DNA of 64,000 bases from an uncultured delta proteobacterium (GCA_963735595.1 CAVTLK010000001.1:64001-128000); one strand, 5' to 3'. Shown: positions 30,854 to 42,704, numbered from the stretch's first letter. Notes: generated by a model from the letters alone, not told the origin. Program-made: numbers and translations.

Positions 30854-32818
30854 TTAATTGTCGGACAGTTCGGATCTAATGAAATCACTTTGGGCGAAGA
30901 TATACGTTATAATAGCGCCCGCAACAAAAAGAAACGGACTATGAATAAGCGGGAATCCCAAGGATTTTACGGGATAGACTACGATACCACGAAGGAAAAC
31001 AAGCTGGACAAGGAAGAAAGAAAACAAAGAGAGCGTAATAAAACCTCTCATGCTACGGCCGCGATAGATTCGTCCGAAGCCCGGTATCACGGTGTTGGCA
31101 ATAATAAGGACGATCTTTCTGATATAGTTGGTTTGATCCACTTTCATTCGCAGGTCGGCCTTTGTTTTTGGGTCAATTCCTTCCTTGCGAACGAAAACCG
31201 AGAAGCAGCGATTACAGGCATCACGCCGTTCCATGTGTGGCTGGGATTTGAGGAGAAACGGAAGGCCGCAGAATCTGCAGTATTTGGAAATGACGTTCCT
31301 GTTGGCAAGGGAGCCGGAGATCAGCAAGAAAATTATCCCCACTACGCCGACAACCGGAACGGCGCGTAATCCAATCCCTTTCATCAGGTTGCTAAAAATT
31401 CCGTCGGCAAGCTCACGGGGTTCGCTCATAATGAAGACCCGTTTCCATAATAGGCTGTCGGGCAGGTCCTCGTCGAGGACCATACGGTTAGTTCTTTCGA
31501 GAAACGTGGGCTCACCCGCATCTTCTTTGATTTCAACGTCAAGGAATGCGGTGATACGTGCGGGATCGAGTTTCATCGCCATATCGTAGTATTCCTCGGC
31601 GGTCCTCAGGTCAAACCGGGTCATATCGATCTTGTATAGGTTATAGTAAGGGGCAACAAGATCGGGGTCTGCGGCACTTGCCGCAAGGAAAAGATCTTCG
31701 GCGCGCGCATAGTCATGGATAATAAAATGGATGGCGCCGAGGTTATTGAGGGCGGGTGCGGATGAAGGATCAATCTCGATGACCTTTTCGTAATAACGCT
31801 GAGCATAATCGAGATAGCCCGTGCGCTTATTGAGGGTTCCGAGGGTAAAAAGGGCAGGGATGTCGTCGGGGTTATCGGCAACCCAGTCGTTCAGGGACTT
31901 TTCCGCCTCGAGGGTGTAGGTATCCTCTTTGATCTGTACGATCTCATCGATAACGTCGCGGTGAGTGGAAAGCATAAGGGCCGAGGTGTAGTTAAGGTAA
32001 ATCGGGGATAGGATAACAAGAACGTAGAATAGCCCGAAGAGAATCTTTTCGGTCCTGGTATAGTAGATCAGGAAGGCGAAATTCATAAGAATGATAAGCC
32101 AAAGCAGGCCGATACCGAGAGAGAAAAGGAAAATAAAGAATACCGCAATGAAAACGGAAAAAAGCAGAAGCGGTATTTCCCACCCAAGCCGTTCCCTGAT
32201 GTCATGCGCCGCCACCAGGACATACTTGGCCGAGAGGCAAAGTGCAAAGAGGAAGAAAACCAACAGAACCGCAATAATCAGGCCGAGGGCAAGGTTGGCG
32301 CCGAGGGTGGTGATAATGGTGATATCGTTAGCGGACAGCTTGAGGCCGCTAACGGTAAGGTTGACAATATCGTATAATCGGCCGGGTTCGTTTCTCCAGA
32401 TAAATGCGGCCTTGTAGAAATAGAGACGCGGTATGTCCGGCGAAAGGAATATCGATTCATCTATGAGCCTGGCGGCGGTTTCAAGGTCACCTTCCTCTTC
32501 CTGTTGCCGGGACAAGGCGAGGAGTGCATACGAATAGAAGGAGGCGTTCTTGTCTCCGTAGTTGAATTTGGCGGTATGGAGAGAGTCAATTACCCTCAGG
32601 GCATCGGTCTTGTTTCTATCCGACAGGGTAAGGAAAAATGGAAACCACGCCTCGTCATAATTATAGAACTCTTTACGAATCGACGGGAGGGGCGGCTCCT
32701 CCAGCGAGTTCATGGAAGGATCTAACTCGGCGGAAGGCGAAGGAATAAAGTCCTGGGCGAGGCAGGGTGAGATAAGAAGGAAAAAAAACCCCAATAAGAT
32801 TATGCGTCTGGCGTACAT
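30854..32818 (-). CDS. membrane TPR protein with C-terminal Zn-ribbon-like motif (start uncertain)
   Basis: signal peptide, TM block, TPRs (ALNNLG, PYYNL), CRFC...CNRC, IPGFG. Confidence 0.8.
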   Translation of the reverse strand: MYARRIILLGFFFLLISPCLAQDFIPSPSAELDPSMNSLEEPPLPSIRKEFYNYDEAWFPFFLTLSDRNKTDALRVIDSLHTAKFNYGDKNASFYSYALLALSRQQEEEGDLETAARLIDESIFLSPDIPRLYFYKAAFIWRNEPGRLYDIVNLTVSGLKLSANDITIITTLGANLALGLIIAVLLVFFLFALCLSAKYVLVAAHDIRERLGWEIPLLLFSVFIAVFFIFLFSLGIGLLWLIILMNFAFLIYYTRTEKILFGLFYVLVILSPIYLNYTSALMLSTHRDVIDEIVQIKEDTYTLEAEKSLNDWVADNPDDIPALFTLGTLNKRTGYLDYAQRYYEKVIEIDPSSAPALNNLGAIHFIIHDYARAEDLFLAASAADPDLVAPYYNLYKIDMTRFDLRTAEEYYDMAMKLDPARITAFLDVEIKEDAGEPTFLERTNRMVLDEDLPDSLLWKRVFIMSEPRELADGIFSNLMKGIGLRAVPVVGVVGIIFLLISGSLANRNVISKYCRFCGLPFLLKSQPHMERRDACNRCFSVFVRKEGIDPKTKADLRMKVDQTNYIRKIVLIIANTVIPGFGRIYRGRSMRGFITLSLFSFFLVQLVFLRGIVVYPVKSLGFPLIHSPFLFVAGAIITYIFAQSDFIRSELSDN

Positions 32819-33068
32819 CGAGCACCTTATACAAAATTGATTAAACATATCATATAAATAGAGAAAAATCAAGTTTTTATTATAGAAAGCGTTTCATCTT
32901 GATTTTTTACCCGTTCTCCCGTATCGTGAATAAGAGCGGTCGGATCGGCAGGGATCCCTCGGACGTATTCGGCCGGCCGACATGTAAACCGCGGAATATA
33001 TACCGGCGTCCGTGAGACGTTTCCCACGTTTCGATCGGACAGCGGTAATAACCGGAGATTTGGAGTAG

Positions 33069-33854
33069 TTGGAAGAGAAAAAGAACGTATATGATCTCGT
33101 GCGCCTTATGGCCGTGCTGCGCTCCCCCGAGGGGTGTCCCTGGGACAAGGCGCAGCGGGTGGCCGATCTAAAGCCGTATATCATGGAGGAGGCCCTCGAG
33201 CTTATCGAGGCTATCGATTCCACGGACGGTAACAAGATCAAGGAGGAACTGGGCGATCTGCTATTCGAAGTTATTTTTGTTGCACGGATAATGGAAGAAG
33301 AAGGTGCGTTTTCGATAGACGATGCCGCAGATTCAATCGGGAAGAAAATGATTGAGCGACACCCCCACGTATTCGGCAATGAACGGTTGGCGACTCCGGG
33401 AGAAGTCGAGGAGAGTTGGACACGAATAAAGGCGCGAGGCAAACGCGGCGATTCGGCGCTCTCCGGAATCACCGAGGACCTGCCCGCGCTGGTCATCGCG
33501 CATAAGTACGGGCAGCGGGCCGCGGACGTTGGATTTGACTGGGAGGATGCCAAGGGAGTAATCGATAAACTCCATGAGGAGGCCGCGGAGCTTGAAGCGG
33601 CCGTCTCGTCCAATAACCGATCGCAGGTCGAGGACGAAATCGGGGATATCCTTTTTACCGTCGCCAATATTGGTAGATTTCTGGGTGTCCACCCGGAGCT
33701 TGCGCTCAGGAAGGCCAATCGAAAGTTTCGGCGCCGATTTCGTTTTATTGAGCAATCGGTTAGCATAACCGGCCGAACACTGACGGAGATGAGCATCGAA
33801 GAGCTGGAAGTGCTCTGGAACGAGGCCAAGAAAGGGGAACGGGAAGATGGATAG
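33069..33854 (+). CDS. mazG: nucleoside triphosphate pyrophosphohydrolase MazG
   Basis: LRSPEGCPWD, EELGDLL, RHPHVF, GFDW, EIGDILF, KFRRRF. Confidence 0.95.
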   Translation: MEEKKNVYDLVRLMAVLRSPEGCPWDKAQRVADLKPYIMEEALELIEAIDSTDGNKIKEELGDLLFEVIFVARIMEEEGAFSIDDAADSIGKKMIERHPHVFGNERLATPGEVEESWTRIKARGKRGDSALSGITEDLPALVIAHKYGQRAADVGFDWEDAKGVIDKLHEEAAELEAAVSSNNRSQVEDEIGDILFTVANIGRFLGVHPELALRKANRKFRRRFRFIEQSVSITGRTLTEMSIEELEVLWNEAKKGEREDG

Positions 33855-33904
33855 ACCGGGGATAAAATACGCCGTCCGTTTGCGCACGTGAGGGTATCGA
33901 GAGG

Positions 33905-34261
33905 ATGGAAAGGAGATATACTTCGATCCTGCTATCGGGGCTTGTCTTTCCCGGCGCCGGGCAGTTATATAATAATCAGGCCGTGAAGGCAATAGTCTAT
34001 ATCCTGCTCACGCTCTGTTTTATTATCGCGCTGGTCTACGTAGTTGTGCGAGATTTTTGGCGCGCCCTGGAATACTCCGAATCCACGGGAGGGCCGGTAT
34101 GGGACGGGATCGTGCAGGGATTTGGCGGCTCCAAGACGGCGATCGTCGTGTTGTTGGCGATACTGGGAATAACGTGGGCGGCCGGTATCGTTGATGCATA
34201 CCTGACGGCGCGGAAAGGGGAGGTCCGGGAGGTACAGCGGTTCATCGCTCGTAGAAGATAA
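33905..34261 (+). CDS. small membrane protein
   Basis: LSGLVFPGAGQLYN motif, three hydrophobic segments, IVDAY. Confidence 0.75.
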   Translation: MERRYTSILLSGLVFPGAGQLYNNQAVKAIVYILLTLCFIIALVYVVVRDFWRALEYSESTGGPVWDGIVQGFGGSKTAIVVLLAILGITWAAGIVDAYLTARKGEVREVQRFIARRR

Positions 34262-35076
34262 GGAAATTTGCCACGGCGGCCTCCGGTCGATCCCCGCGGC
34301 CCTCGCTGTAACTCGACCTGCCTAACCGGTCAACCGCCGATGCGCTGCTGCCTCCGTCCAGAGCTCCGACGACGGTGCAGCCGTGGGTCTGTCTCATATA
34401 CTGATCCCCGTACGTGAAGTTCGTGTTCTTGTAGATAACATCGACAATTCCCTCGGGGGTCGTGCCGATAAGGTTTCGGGGCACTTGCCGCTTATAGGTC
34501 TTATCCTCATAGAGCTTGAGATCGTCCTGGGTGAGCAGATTGATTTGGAGCGCGTCGACGATACTGTCTTTATGTTCGGCATACTGATACTTTGATATAA
34601 TGTGTACCCGCCGTGAACGGTCAACGTAAAGTATCCCGTCACCCTTGCCGTAGGTGACAGGGCTCTTCTGAGAGCCGTCACACACAAGAATGCCGCTCGG
34701 CGATCCATCGCCCTCAAAGAAACTCCCGTTCACGCAAACAAAGGCTCCGGTTGCGTCGAGGATCTCTCCGGTGGTGGCAAATGTTTTGCCGAGGATATCG
34801 CGGGCGGTCACGACCTTTGCAAGGTAACTGCCGTGGAGCGCCGCTGTGATGAAGACGTGATCTTGTTTGCCAATGCGCCTGGCCTGGGTGGTTATGGGCA
34901 GGCCGCTCGCGCGAAGGCGGCCCGGGCAGGCAAGGAGGCCGGCGGCCAATGCGATATGGCCAAGGAAGACGCGCCGCGTGCAGTATCCGCAAACCGCGTG
35001 CGCATGCGGGGTCGTGGCAGGACGGTTGCGCGCATATCTGGGGGTCGGCGGGGGTCTTTCTGCTATCGCTTTTCAT
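34242..35076 (-). CDS. phosphodiester glycosidase (NAGPA/DUF2233) family protein with Tat-like signal; 5' end probably frameshifted
   Basis: VNGSFF, PRNLIG, ALDGGSS; in-frame upstream TRRVFLGHIALAAG. Confidence 0.7.
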
Positions 35077-35974
35077 CAATAAGCCAATCGTGTTGCCAAC
35101 AGCCAAACGGATAACCCATGCGGCAGATCACCGAGAAGTCGGCCAGGGCCTCCTTGGTTCTGCCCAGTTTCCTCAGGAGGTTCGCCCGATAGTTGCGGAT
35201 GTAAGGATCCTTCGGGGCGATTTCGACGGCCCGGGAATAGTCCGCCAATGCGTCGTCGAGGCGCAGAAGACCGTATTCGTAGACAGCGCCCCGATAGAGA
35301 TATGGCTCCGGGGATTCCGGGGAGAGGGAGGCGGCCGACGTGAGGTCGGCAAGGGCCTGCTCAAAACTTCCGATCCCGAAACAGAACCGGCCGCGGGAGA
35401 TCAGGGGGACGGAGTCGCCCGGGGAAAGGATTACCGCCCGGTCAAAATCGGCGCGGGCCTCATCCGTCCGCTCCAGCCGTTCCAGGGCGCGCCCTCGCCC
35501 GAGATATGCATCCGCGTTATCCGGCCAAAGAGCGAGGACGGAAGACCAGTCAGCCCGTGCGGACTCAAAGCGCCGACGGGCAAACGAGAGATCGGCCCTC
35601 CGCAGGTATGCGTCCACGTATTTTGGTTCGAGTTCGATGGCCGTGGTAAGGTCAGCCTGGGCGTCTCGGACACGGGCGAGTTTTTCTGCTGTGCCGGCCC
35701 GGTTATAGTAAAGCTCGGCCGACCCCGGGGAAAGGGCGATCGCCTCGGAGAACGATTCGTAGGCCTGTTCGTATCGCTCATGGCGGTATTGTTCGAGTCC
35801 GGTCCTGTTGAGAAGGGCGGCGGTCCGTGCGGCGCAGCCCGCGGAGGTGAAAAACGCAATGGCTATAAAGAACGCCGCAGCAAAGATGGGGAGCACGCGA
35901 CGCGTTCGTGAGGACTGTATTAAGTAATCCAAACCCGTTTCCTCCGGATGGGACGTGACGGCAACCCCGTGCAT
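35063..35974 (-). CDS. TPR-repeat lipoprotein (start uncertain)
   Basis: SAGC lipobox; repeated YYNRA/AYLRRA/AYLGRG TPRs. Confidence 0.85.
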   Translation of the reverse strand: MHGVAVTSHPEETGLDYLIQSSRTRRVLPIFAAAFFIAIAFFTSAGCAARTAALLNRTGLEQYRHERYEQAYESFSEAIALSPGSAELYYNRAGTAEKLARVRDAQADLTTAIELEPKYVDAYLRRADLSFARRRFESARADWSSVLALWPDNADAYLGRGRALERLERTDEARADFDRAVILSPGDSVPLISRGRFCFGIGSFEQALADLTSAASLSPESPEPYLYRGAVYEYGLLRLDDALADYSRAVEIAPKDPYIRNYRANLLRKLGRTKEALADFSVICRMGYPFGCWQHDWLIDEKR

Positions 35975-36110
35975 CAGTCAGGCGTGTATACCGCCGTTCG
36001 GTGTGGGTTTACGTAAAATTATAACAGAAATATGACGTAAGATGTCAAGCTTTAAGGTGAAGAATAATCGGGCCGGGAAGAAAGAAACTTCGGACGCGGG
36101 TTGGACGAGG

Positions 36111-36440
36111 TTACTGGATGGTGATATATATACGGTTTGGCAGGCAGATGATGGAGTCTCCCTTCTCCGAGATCTTTCCCATGTCGATGCACACCTTGTT
36201 GGCGCAGGGGGAATCGGCCATGTAGACCTCGCCGTGTTCGATGACGACCGTCGAAATCCCCAGGGGGCCCTGGACCGGGATCGTCCTGTCTTCAGAGAGC
36301 GGGTAGCTTCCTACGACCTCGTTTCCCTCTTCGATTACGACCGTTCTTCCGTGGCCGTTGGAGACTATTTCAAACGCGAGGAACGCCCCGGCAATCAGGA
36401 GGGCCGCCAGAAGGATAAAGACGATGTCGCTTTTTTTCAT
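36111..36440 (-). CDS. NusG domain II (DUF1312) membrane-anchored protein
   Basis: MKKSD.., N-terminal TM, SPCANKVC..MG.IS..G.SIICLPNRI. Confidence 0.9.
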   Translation of the reverse strand: MKKSDIVFILLAALLIAGAFLAFEIVSNGHGRTVVIEEGNEVVGSYPLSEDRTIPVQGPLGISTVVIEHGEVYMADSPCANKVCIDMGKISEKGDSIICLPNRIYITIQ

Positions 36441-36525
36441 ATATGCGCCTTGTTACGGGGGTGTAATGATATCACCGGGAACGAAGGCCCTGCGGGCGCC
36501 GCAAGAGGGCGGACACTCGGTCTAC

Positions 36526-36600
36526 AACGGATATGTACGGGCGGCAGAGACGACAACGGGCAGACCCCCCATATGACTGGGGGGTCTGCCCATATCCGTT
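36526..36600. repeat. long intergenic hairpin
   Basis: 14 bp stem GGGCAGACCCCCCA/TGGGGGGTCTGCCC (36558-36591), flanked by AACGGATATG/CATATCCGTT. Confidence 0.8.
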
Positions 36601-36993
36601 CAGTTTCTCTGGGTATGGCAGCCCAGGCACTCGACCGGCGGGGTCAGCCCCTCTGCGGTCTTGTTGATGTGGCAGATGACACAGTTCTTGTGCATCGCGT
36701 CCTTGAAGGTGATCTCGGCGTCGGCCTTGTGGCACGCGTCGCAGCGGGCCGACGGCGTACCGGAGACGAAGTCCGCCTTTTCGGTATGGTGGCATGTCAC
36801 GCAGGTAATCCCGAGGTCCTTGTTGTGGTACTCGTGCTTGAAGGTTGATCCCCAGGTACCGGTCGGTGGCCTTGGTCGTGTCGTCGATGGTGACGGTATT
36901 GGGGCCATAATCGACGGAAAAGGCCGCCACGCCCATGAAGAAGAGGAACAGGACACAGGCGGCAGCGATTGATATCAGGTTCTTCTTTTTCAT
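36600..36993 (-). CDS. tetraheme class III cytochrome c (c3), frameshift near 36860
   Basis: signal peptide; FKHEYH, CVTCHH, CDACH, HKNCVICH, CLGCH. Confidence 0.9.
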
Positions 36994-37008
36994 ATATTTC
37001 CTCCGCTT

Positions 37009-38645
37009 TTATTCAATACCTTCTCTGTCGAGGATGAGCCGCGCGGCCCTCCATCCGTTGATCTGGGCCGGAACCGACCCCGAACCATGCCTGGGTCCAG
37101 TTGCTGGCGACAAAGATGTTGTCGATGGGGGTATCATTGGGGATCTTCTGCCACTGGTCGACGTTCGTATAGAACCCGTAGATGACACCGCCCTCGTTCA
37201 TGGTAAACTCCTTGAGGGTACCGGGGTGATGATCTCCTTGACCTCGACGTTCCTGGGGTCGGCGAGCTCGGGGATGACATTTGCGGCAAGCGAGATGAGC
37301 TCGTTTGCCTTTTCTTCCTTCATCTTCAGGTATTCGGCCTGATCCTTGGGCCAGATGTTGATGTCGGAATAAGAGTGAAGCACGACGACCGATTTGCCCG
37401 GAGGGGCGTAAATCGGATCGTCGTAGTTCGAGTAGACGGTGATCGGTCGTGGCGCCGTTGGCGAAATCGCCCTTCATCATCGTGTCGTAGAGCACGGCCG
37501 AGTCCTTCGTGGTGCTGTAGAAGGCCTCGGTGAGATCGTAGCCCCTGGCCTTGAGGTCGATGTTGAGGCCCATGTAGACGCCGAACAACGAGTTTGCCGG
37601 CTTCAATTCCTTGAGCTTGGCCACGTAATCGGCCGGGCAGGTTCTCTTCGCCGATCAGCTTGAAGACCATCTGGTAGGGGTCGGTGTTGCAGACGACGTA
37701 GCGGCTGGAGTAGGTGTTGCCGAGGGCCGTCTCGACGCCGGTGGCCATGCCGTCTTCGATGATTGATCTTGGTGACCAGTTCGCCGACCTTGACCACACC
37801 GCCCAGCTCCGTCTATACGCTCGGCGTAGGCGTTGGAGAGGGCCTGTGATGTACCCTTGACGTGCCAGGGACCGTCGGTGAGATAGCGCGTCGGTCGCGG
37901 CCGGCGAAGATGAGCGAGGTCTGTTCCGTGATGGGGGCACCGTAGTAAACCCAGAGCTGGGAGACGACGGCCTTGATGTCCTCATTGGTGAAACACTCGT
38001 CCATGAGGTCCTGGGTCGTCTTATCCTTCCACTCCATAGAAGGTCTTCTGCTTGAAGGGGACCTGGGCCTTGGTAAGGAATGCCTTGAATCCCGTCTCGC
38101 GGAAGAGGTTCTTGAGCGAGAGCAAATCGTTCATCATGCCCGAGCAGATGACGTGGAACTTATCGATTCCCGCCGATTCCTCGGGCCACTTTTCCTTCAG
38201 CGTGGCGTCCCATTCTTCCCAGTTGTTGGGCATGGTGACGTCCAGACCTCCGGGGTAGACCGAACGATACAAATCGGGGACCGATAGAGCTCGACTTTTT
38301 CGCCCGACGCCGCATCACCTCCAGGAGCTTATAGAGCCCCCGGTCGGCCCTGCCGGGGCCGCCGCCTGCCATCTCGTGCAGGGCCGTCTCAAAGGTAAAG
38401 TCGCCCCGTGTGAAGTTGGTGGTACATCCGCCGACCTTGTGGTGCTGTTCGAGCAGCAACACTTTGAGGCCCTTGCTGGCCAGGTGCGCGCCGGCTGAAA
38501 GTCCTCCCATCCCGCCTCCGATGATGATGACGTCATAATCGGCCTCATTGGTAGGGCGCTTTTTGCTGGCGCATCCCCCCGTTACGAGGAAGGTCACGGC
38601 GAGAAAGAGGATAAAGACTGTTAATAGTGTCGATTTCTTTCTCAT
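37009..38645 (-). CDS. lipoprotein FAD oxidoreductase, phytoene desaturase/RetSat family, copy 3, several frameshifts
   Basis: TGGC lipobox, DVIIIGGGMGGL, LEQHHKVGGC..F.RG.F.FE, C-terminal LILDREGIE. Confidence 0.85.
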
Positions 38646-38857
38646 CTAAAGACCTCCATAAAAGATAAACACATGCCGTTCATGATCAATGGAGATCATT
38701 GCGGGCAAAAAGCCGTTAACTGGCTGGCAGGTACAGTACCGATATCCATCGTTAGTGTTACTTTGCTCATCAGGTCCTTATTGCCGATTCGGGACCGCTG
38801 AACTAAAGACATTCCCGCCGTGCATTATACACCCGGTATTCGAAAAAGCCACGTTTA

Positions 38858-39284
38858 CTATTGCCGTTGCCGGTGACACCGAGGCACTGGGTCGGCGGAC
38901 TTTCTTCGTAATCTTCCTGAATTTCCCCGTCTTCACCGACGGCGGCTTCCCTGGCCTTCTTGATGTGGCATAACACGCAGCGCCGATGCATGGCGTCCTT
39001 GAAGCTGATCTCGGCGTCGGCCTTGTGGCACGCCTCGCATCGGGCCGGCGTCCCGGAAACGAAGTCCTTGTTCTCCGTGTGGTGACACATGACGCAGGTC
39101 AGGCCCACCTCGTCGACGTGCTTGGAGTGACTGAAGCCCACGCCGAGATAGCGGTTTGTTGCCTTGGTAGTGTCGTCAATGGTAATCGGTCCCGGGCCGT
39201 AATCGACGAAAACGCCGCGGCGCCGGCAAACATAAGAAAAAGGATGAAGACGACAATACCGGGAATGATCGTCTGTTTCTTCAT
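38858..39284 (-). CDS. tetraheme cytochrome c3 paralog, frameshifts near 39210 and 38878
   Basis: signal peptide MKKQTII; FSHSKH, CVMCHH, CEACH, HRRCVLCH; CLGCHRQRQ* restored by one base. Confidence 0.88.
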
Positions 39285-39300
39285 ATCCTCTCCTTTGCAT

Positions 39301-40921
39301 CTATTCAATGCCCTCACGATCCATGATGAGCCGGGCGGCCATCCATCCGTTGATCTGGGCGGAACCCACGCCGTGCCACGACTGGGTCCAGCTTGACGTG
39401 ATGAAGAGATTCTCGATCGGGGTGTTTATCGGTATCTTCTTCCACTGATCCAGATCGATATAGAAGCCGTACGGGATCCCGTGGTAGTTCATGGTGAACT
39501 CCTGCAGGGTAACCGGCGTCATGACTTCCATGACATCGACGTTTTTCGGATCGGCAAGCTCCGGGATGACGTTGGCGGCAAGCTCGATGATCTCCCGGGC
39601 CTTTTCGTCCTTCATCTTCTGGTACTCGTCCCGGTCCTTGGGCCAGGAATCGTAGTCGGAGAACTCCAGCAGGCCGACGAGCGATTTGCCCGGCGGGGCG
39701 TAGATCGGGTCGCCGTAGTTGGAGTAGATCGTGATCGATACCATGCCTTCCTTGAAGTTGTTCTTCATCATGTTGTCGTAGACGGCCACGGAGTCCTTGC
39801 TCGTGTTGTAGAATATCTCGGTATCGGTATAGCCGAGCTTCTTGAGGTCGATGTTGAGCCCGAGATAGGTTACGAACAGCGAATTGGCGGGCTTGAGCTC
39901 CTTGAGCTTTTCGACGTAGCTCGTGGGGAAGTTCTCCTCGCCGACCAGCTTGAAGACCATCTGGTACGGGTCGGTGTTGCAGATGACGTACCGGGAGGTA
40001 TAGGTATCGCCGTACTCGGTCTGTACTCCGGTGGCAATCCCGTCTTCGACGATGACCTTGGTCACCAGCGTCCCGGTCTTGACCTCACCGCCCAGTTCCC
40101 GGATACGCTCGGCATAGGCGTTGGACAGTTCCTGGGAAGTGCCCTTTCACGTGCCAGGCGCCCTCGGTCAGGAAGACCTCGTTGGCCGCGAGGGTCAAGG
40201 AGTGCGATCTCGTCGGGGATCGGGGCGCCGTAGTAGACCCAGAACTGGGAGACGACGGCCTTGATGTCTTCTCCGGTGAAGCAGTAGTCCAGCAGCTCCT
40301 GGAGCGTTCGTCTTGCTCCACTTGACCAGCTCGGGATGCTTGATGGGCACTGACAGCGACTCAAATATCTTCTTTGCGCCGCTATAGCGGAAGAGGTCCT
40401 TCACGCCCATGATATCGGCGAAGACCTCGGTTGACAGGCTGTGAAGCTTATCAACGCCCTCGGATTCCTCCGGCCATTTGGACTTGAGGGTGTTGTCCCA
40501 CCCCTCCCAGTTTGCGGGCATGGTCACGTCGATGGTCGTTTCGCCGGGCAAGATCGAGCGGTACAGGTCGGGGAGCTGATAAAGCTCAACCTTGTCCTTT
40601 ACACCGCACAGATCCATAAGCTGGAAGAGACCGCCCCCGGCCAGTTCGTGCAGCGCCACCTCGAAGGTATAATCCCCCCTTGTGAAGTTAGATGCGCAGC
40701 CGCCGACTTTGTGGTGCTGCTCCAGGAGTAAGACCTTAAGACCCTTGCTGGCAAGGTGCGCCCCGGACGAGAGGCCCGCCATGCCGCCGCCGACGATGAT
40801 GACGTCGTACTGCGGTGCGGCGACCGGTTTTTCCGGACGGCCCGCACGAGTTTGCGGTAAACAGAAATACGGCGAGCATAAGGATAATAGCTGTCTTGAT
40901 ACGTAAACCGGATATATTCAT
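39301..40921 (-). CDS. lipoprotein FAD oxidoreductase, phytoene desaturase family, copy 2, frameshifts
   Basis: ANSC lipobox, GGGMAGL, LEQHHKVGGC, C-terminal LIMDREGIE. Confidence 0.85.
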
Positions 40922-41044
40922 ACTCCACCTCACCATGGATGAACGATACACTAATCACGCGAAAAAACGGAAGGTTATTCAATATTCAGCTATAGTTTCC
41001 ACCGGGCATACACACCGGCCGGACTTCTATGCTCGCATACTCGG

Positions 41045-42677
41045 CTACTCGATGCCTTCCCGGTCGAGGATCAGACGTGCGGCGCGCCACCCGTTGACCT
41101 GCCCCGCGCCGACACCGTGAAATCCCTGAGTCCAGTTACTGGCGATAAAGACATTGTCGATGGGGGTGTTGTTGGGAATCTTCTCCCACTGGTCAAGGCT
41201 CATGTAGAAGCCGTACGGGCTGCCCTGATAGTTTTTCGTGAACTCTTCCAGGTAACCGGAGTAATGATCTCCATGACCTCGACGTTCTTCGGATCGGCGA
41301 TCTCCGGGATAACCTCGGCGGCCAGCGCGACGAGGTCGGCCGCCTTTTCCTTCTTCATTGCGCGATATTCGTCCGGGTCCTTCGGCCACAGGTTGGTATC
41401 GCTGTAGATCAGGATATTCAGCGAGCGATTTGCCCGGCGGTGCATAGATCGGGTCGCCGTAGTTGCTGTAGATGCCGATGAGGCATGCGCTGTCCCTGAT
41501 ATCTCCCTGTCATCCACTTGTCGTAGACCTCGTTGGAGCTGTAGGACTTGTTGTAGATGATGTCGGTGTCGGTGTAGCCGAGCTTCTTCAGGTCGATGTT
41601 AAGGCCGAGATAGACTCCGAACAGCGAGTTGGCCGGTTTCATCCCCTTGATCTTTTGCGACGTAGCTGCCGGGCAGGTTTTCCTCTCCGATGAGCTTAAA
41701 GACCATCTGGAATGGATCGGTGTTGCAGACGACGTAGCGGGCCGTGTAGACATCGCCGTATTCGGTCTCTACGCCGGTGGCAATTCCGTCTTCGATGATG
41801 ATCTTGGTGACCAGCGTCCCGATCTTTACCTCGCCGCCGAGCTCCTCGATGCGCTCGGCATAGGCGTTAGACGAGCGCCTGGGACGTCCCCATGACGTGG
41901 CACACGCCTCCAGAGAGAAACATGTCGGTGGCGGCAAAATTCATAAGTGACGTCTGGTCATCGGCCGGACCGCTATAGTACATCCAGAGCTGGGACATGA
42001 CGGCCTTGAGCTGCGGATCGGTGAAGCACTCGTCCATCGTATCCTGGAGGGTTTTGTCTTTCCACTCCATGAGGGTCTTCTGTCTGAAGGGGATCTGGAC
42101 CTTCGTTATGAGCGCCGTGAGGCCGGACTGCCTGAACAGGTTCTTGATCGACATGATATCGGCCGTTACCTGGCGGCAGAGGTGCTCGAATTTGTCGATG
42201 CCCGCCGACTCCTCCGGCCACCGCTCCTTGAAGGCCGCGGTGTAGGCCTCCCACGACTCGGCCGGGACGGTGAAATCGACGTCGGGATAGATCGAACGAT
42301 ACAGGTCGGGCAGTTCATAGGCTGTTATCTTTTCGTCAACGCCGCAGGCCTTCATGAGCTGGTAGACGGCCCCGTTTTTCTCCTTAACGGCTCCCGGCAT
42401 GACGTGCAACGCGACCTCAAAGGTAAAGTCGCCCCGCGTGAAATTGGTGGTGCATCCGCCCGACCTTGTGGTGCTGTTCCAGGAGCAGGACCTTGAGGCC
42501 TTTGCTGGCCAGGTGAGCCCCGGCAGACAGCCCGCCCATGCCTCCGCCGATAATTATCACGTCGTATTGGGCATCGGATGCGGGACGTTCACGCCCGCCG
42601 CATCCCGCCGACGAGAAGAGAAGGACCAGCAGCGATACAACAGTAAGAGTATACAAAAGGTAGTAGTTTCTTCTCAT
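41045..42677 (-). CDS. lipoprotein FAD oxidoreductase, phytoene desaturase family, copy 1, frameshifts
   Basis: SAGC lipobox, DVIIIGGGMGGL, C-terminal LILDREGIE. Confidence 0.85.
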
Positions 42678-42704
42678 CGTAAACCTCCCGTTAATAGCGG
42701 TGCT

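Noticed and set aside
37009..42677. Carotenoid biosynthesis operon
   Set aside because: No crtB, crtE or cyclase genes; the enzymes carry lipoprotein signals and are paired with cytochromes
37009..42677. Programmed frameshifting or phase variation in the desaturase paralogs
   Set aside because: Breaks mostly fall at different positions in each paralog without slippery motifs, and the same pattern affects housekeeping genes
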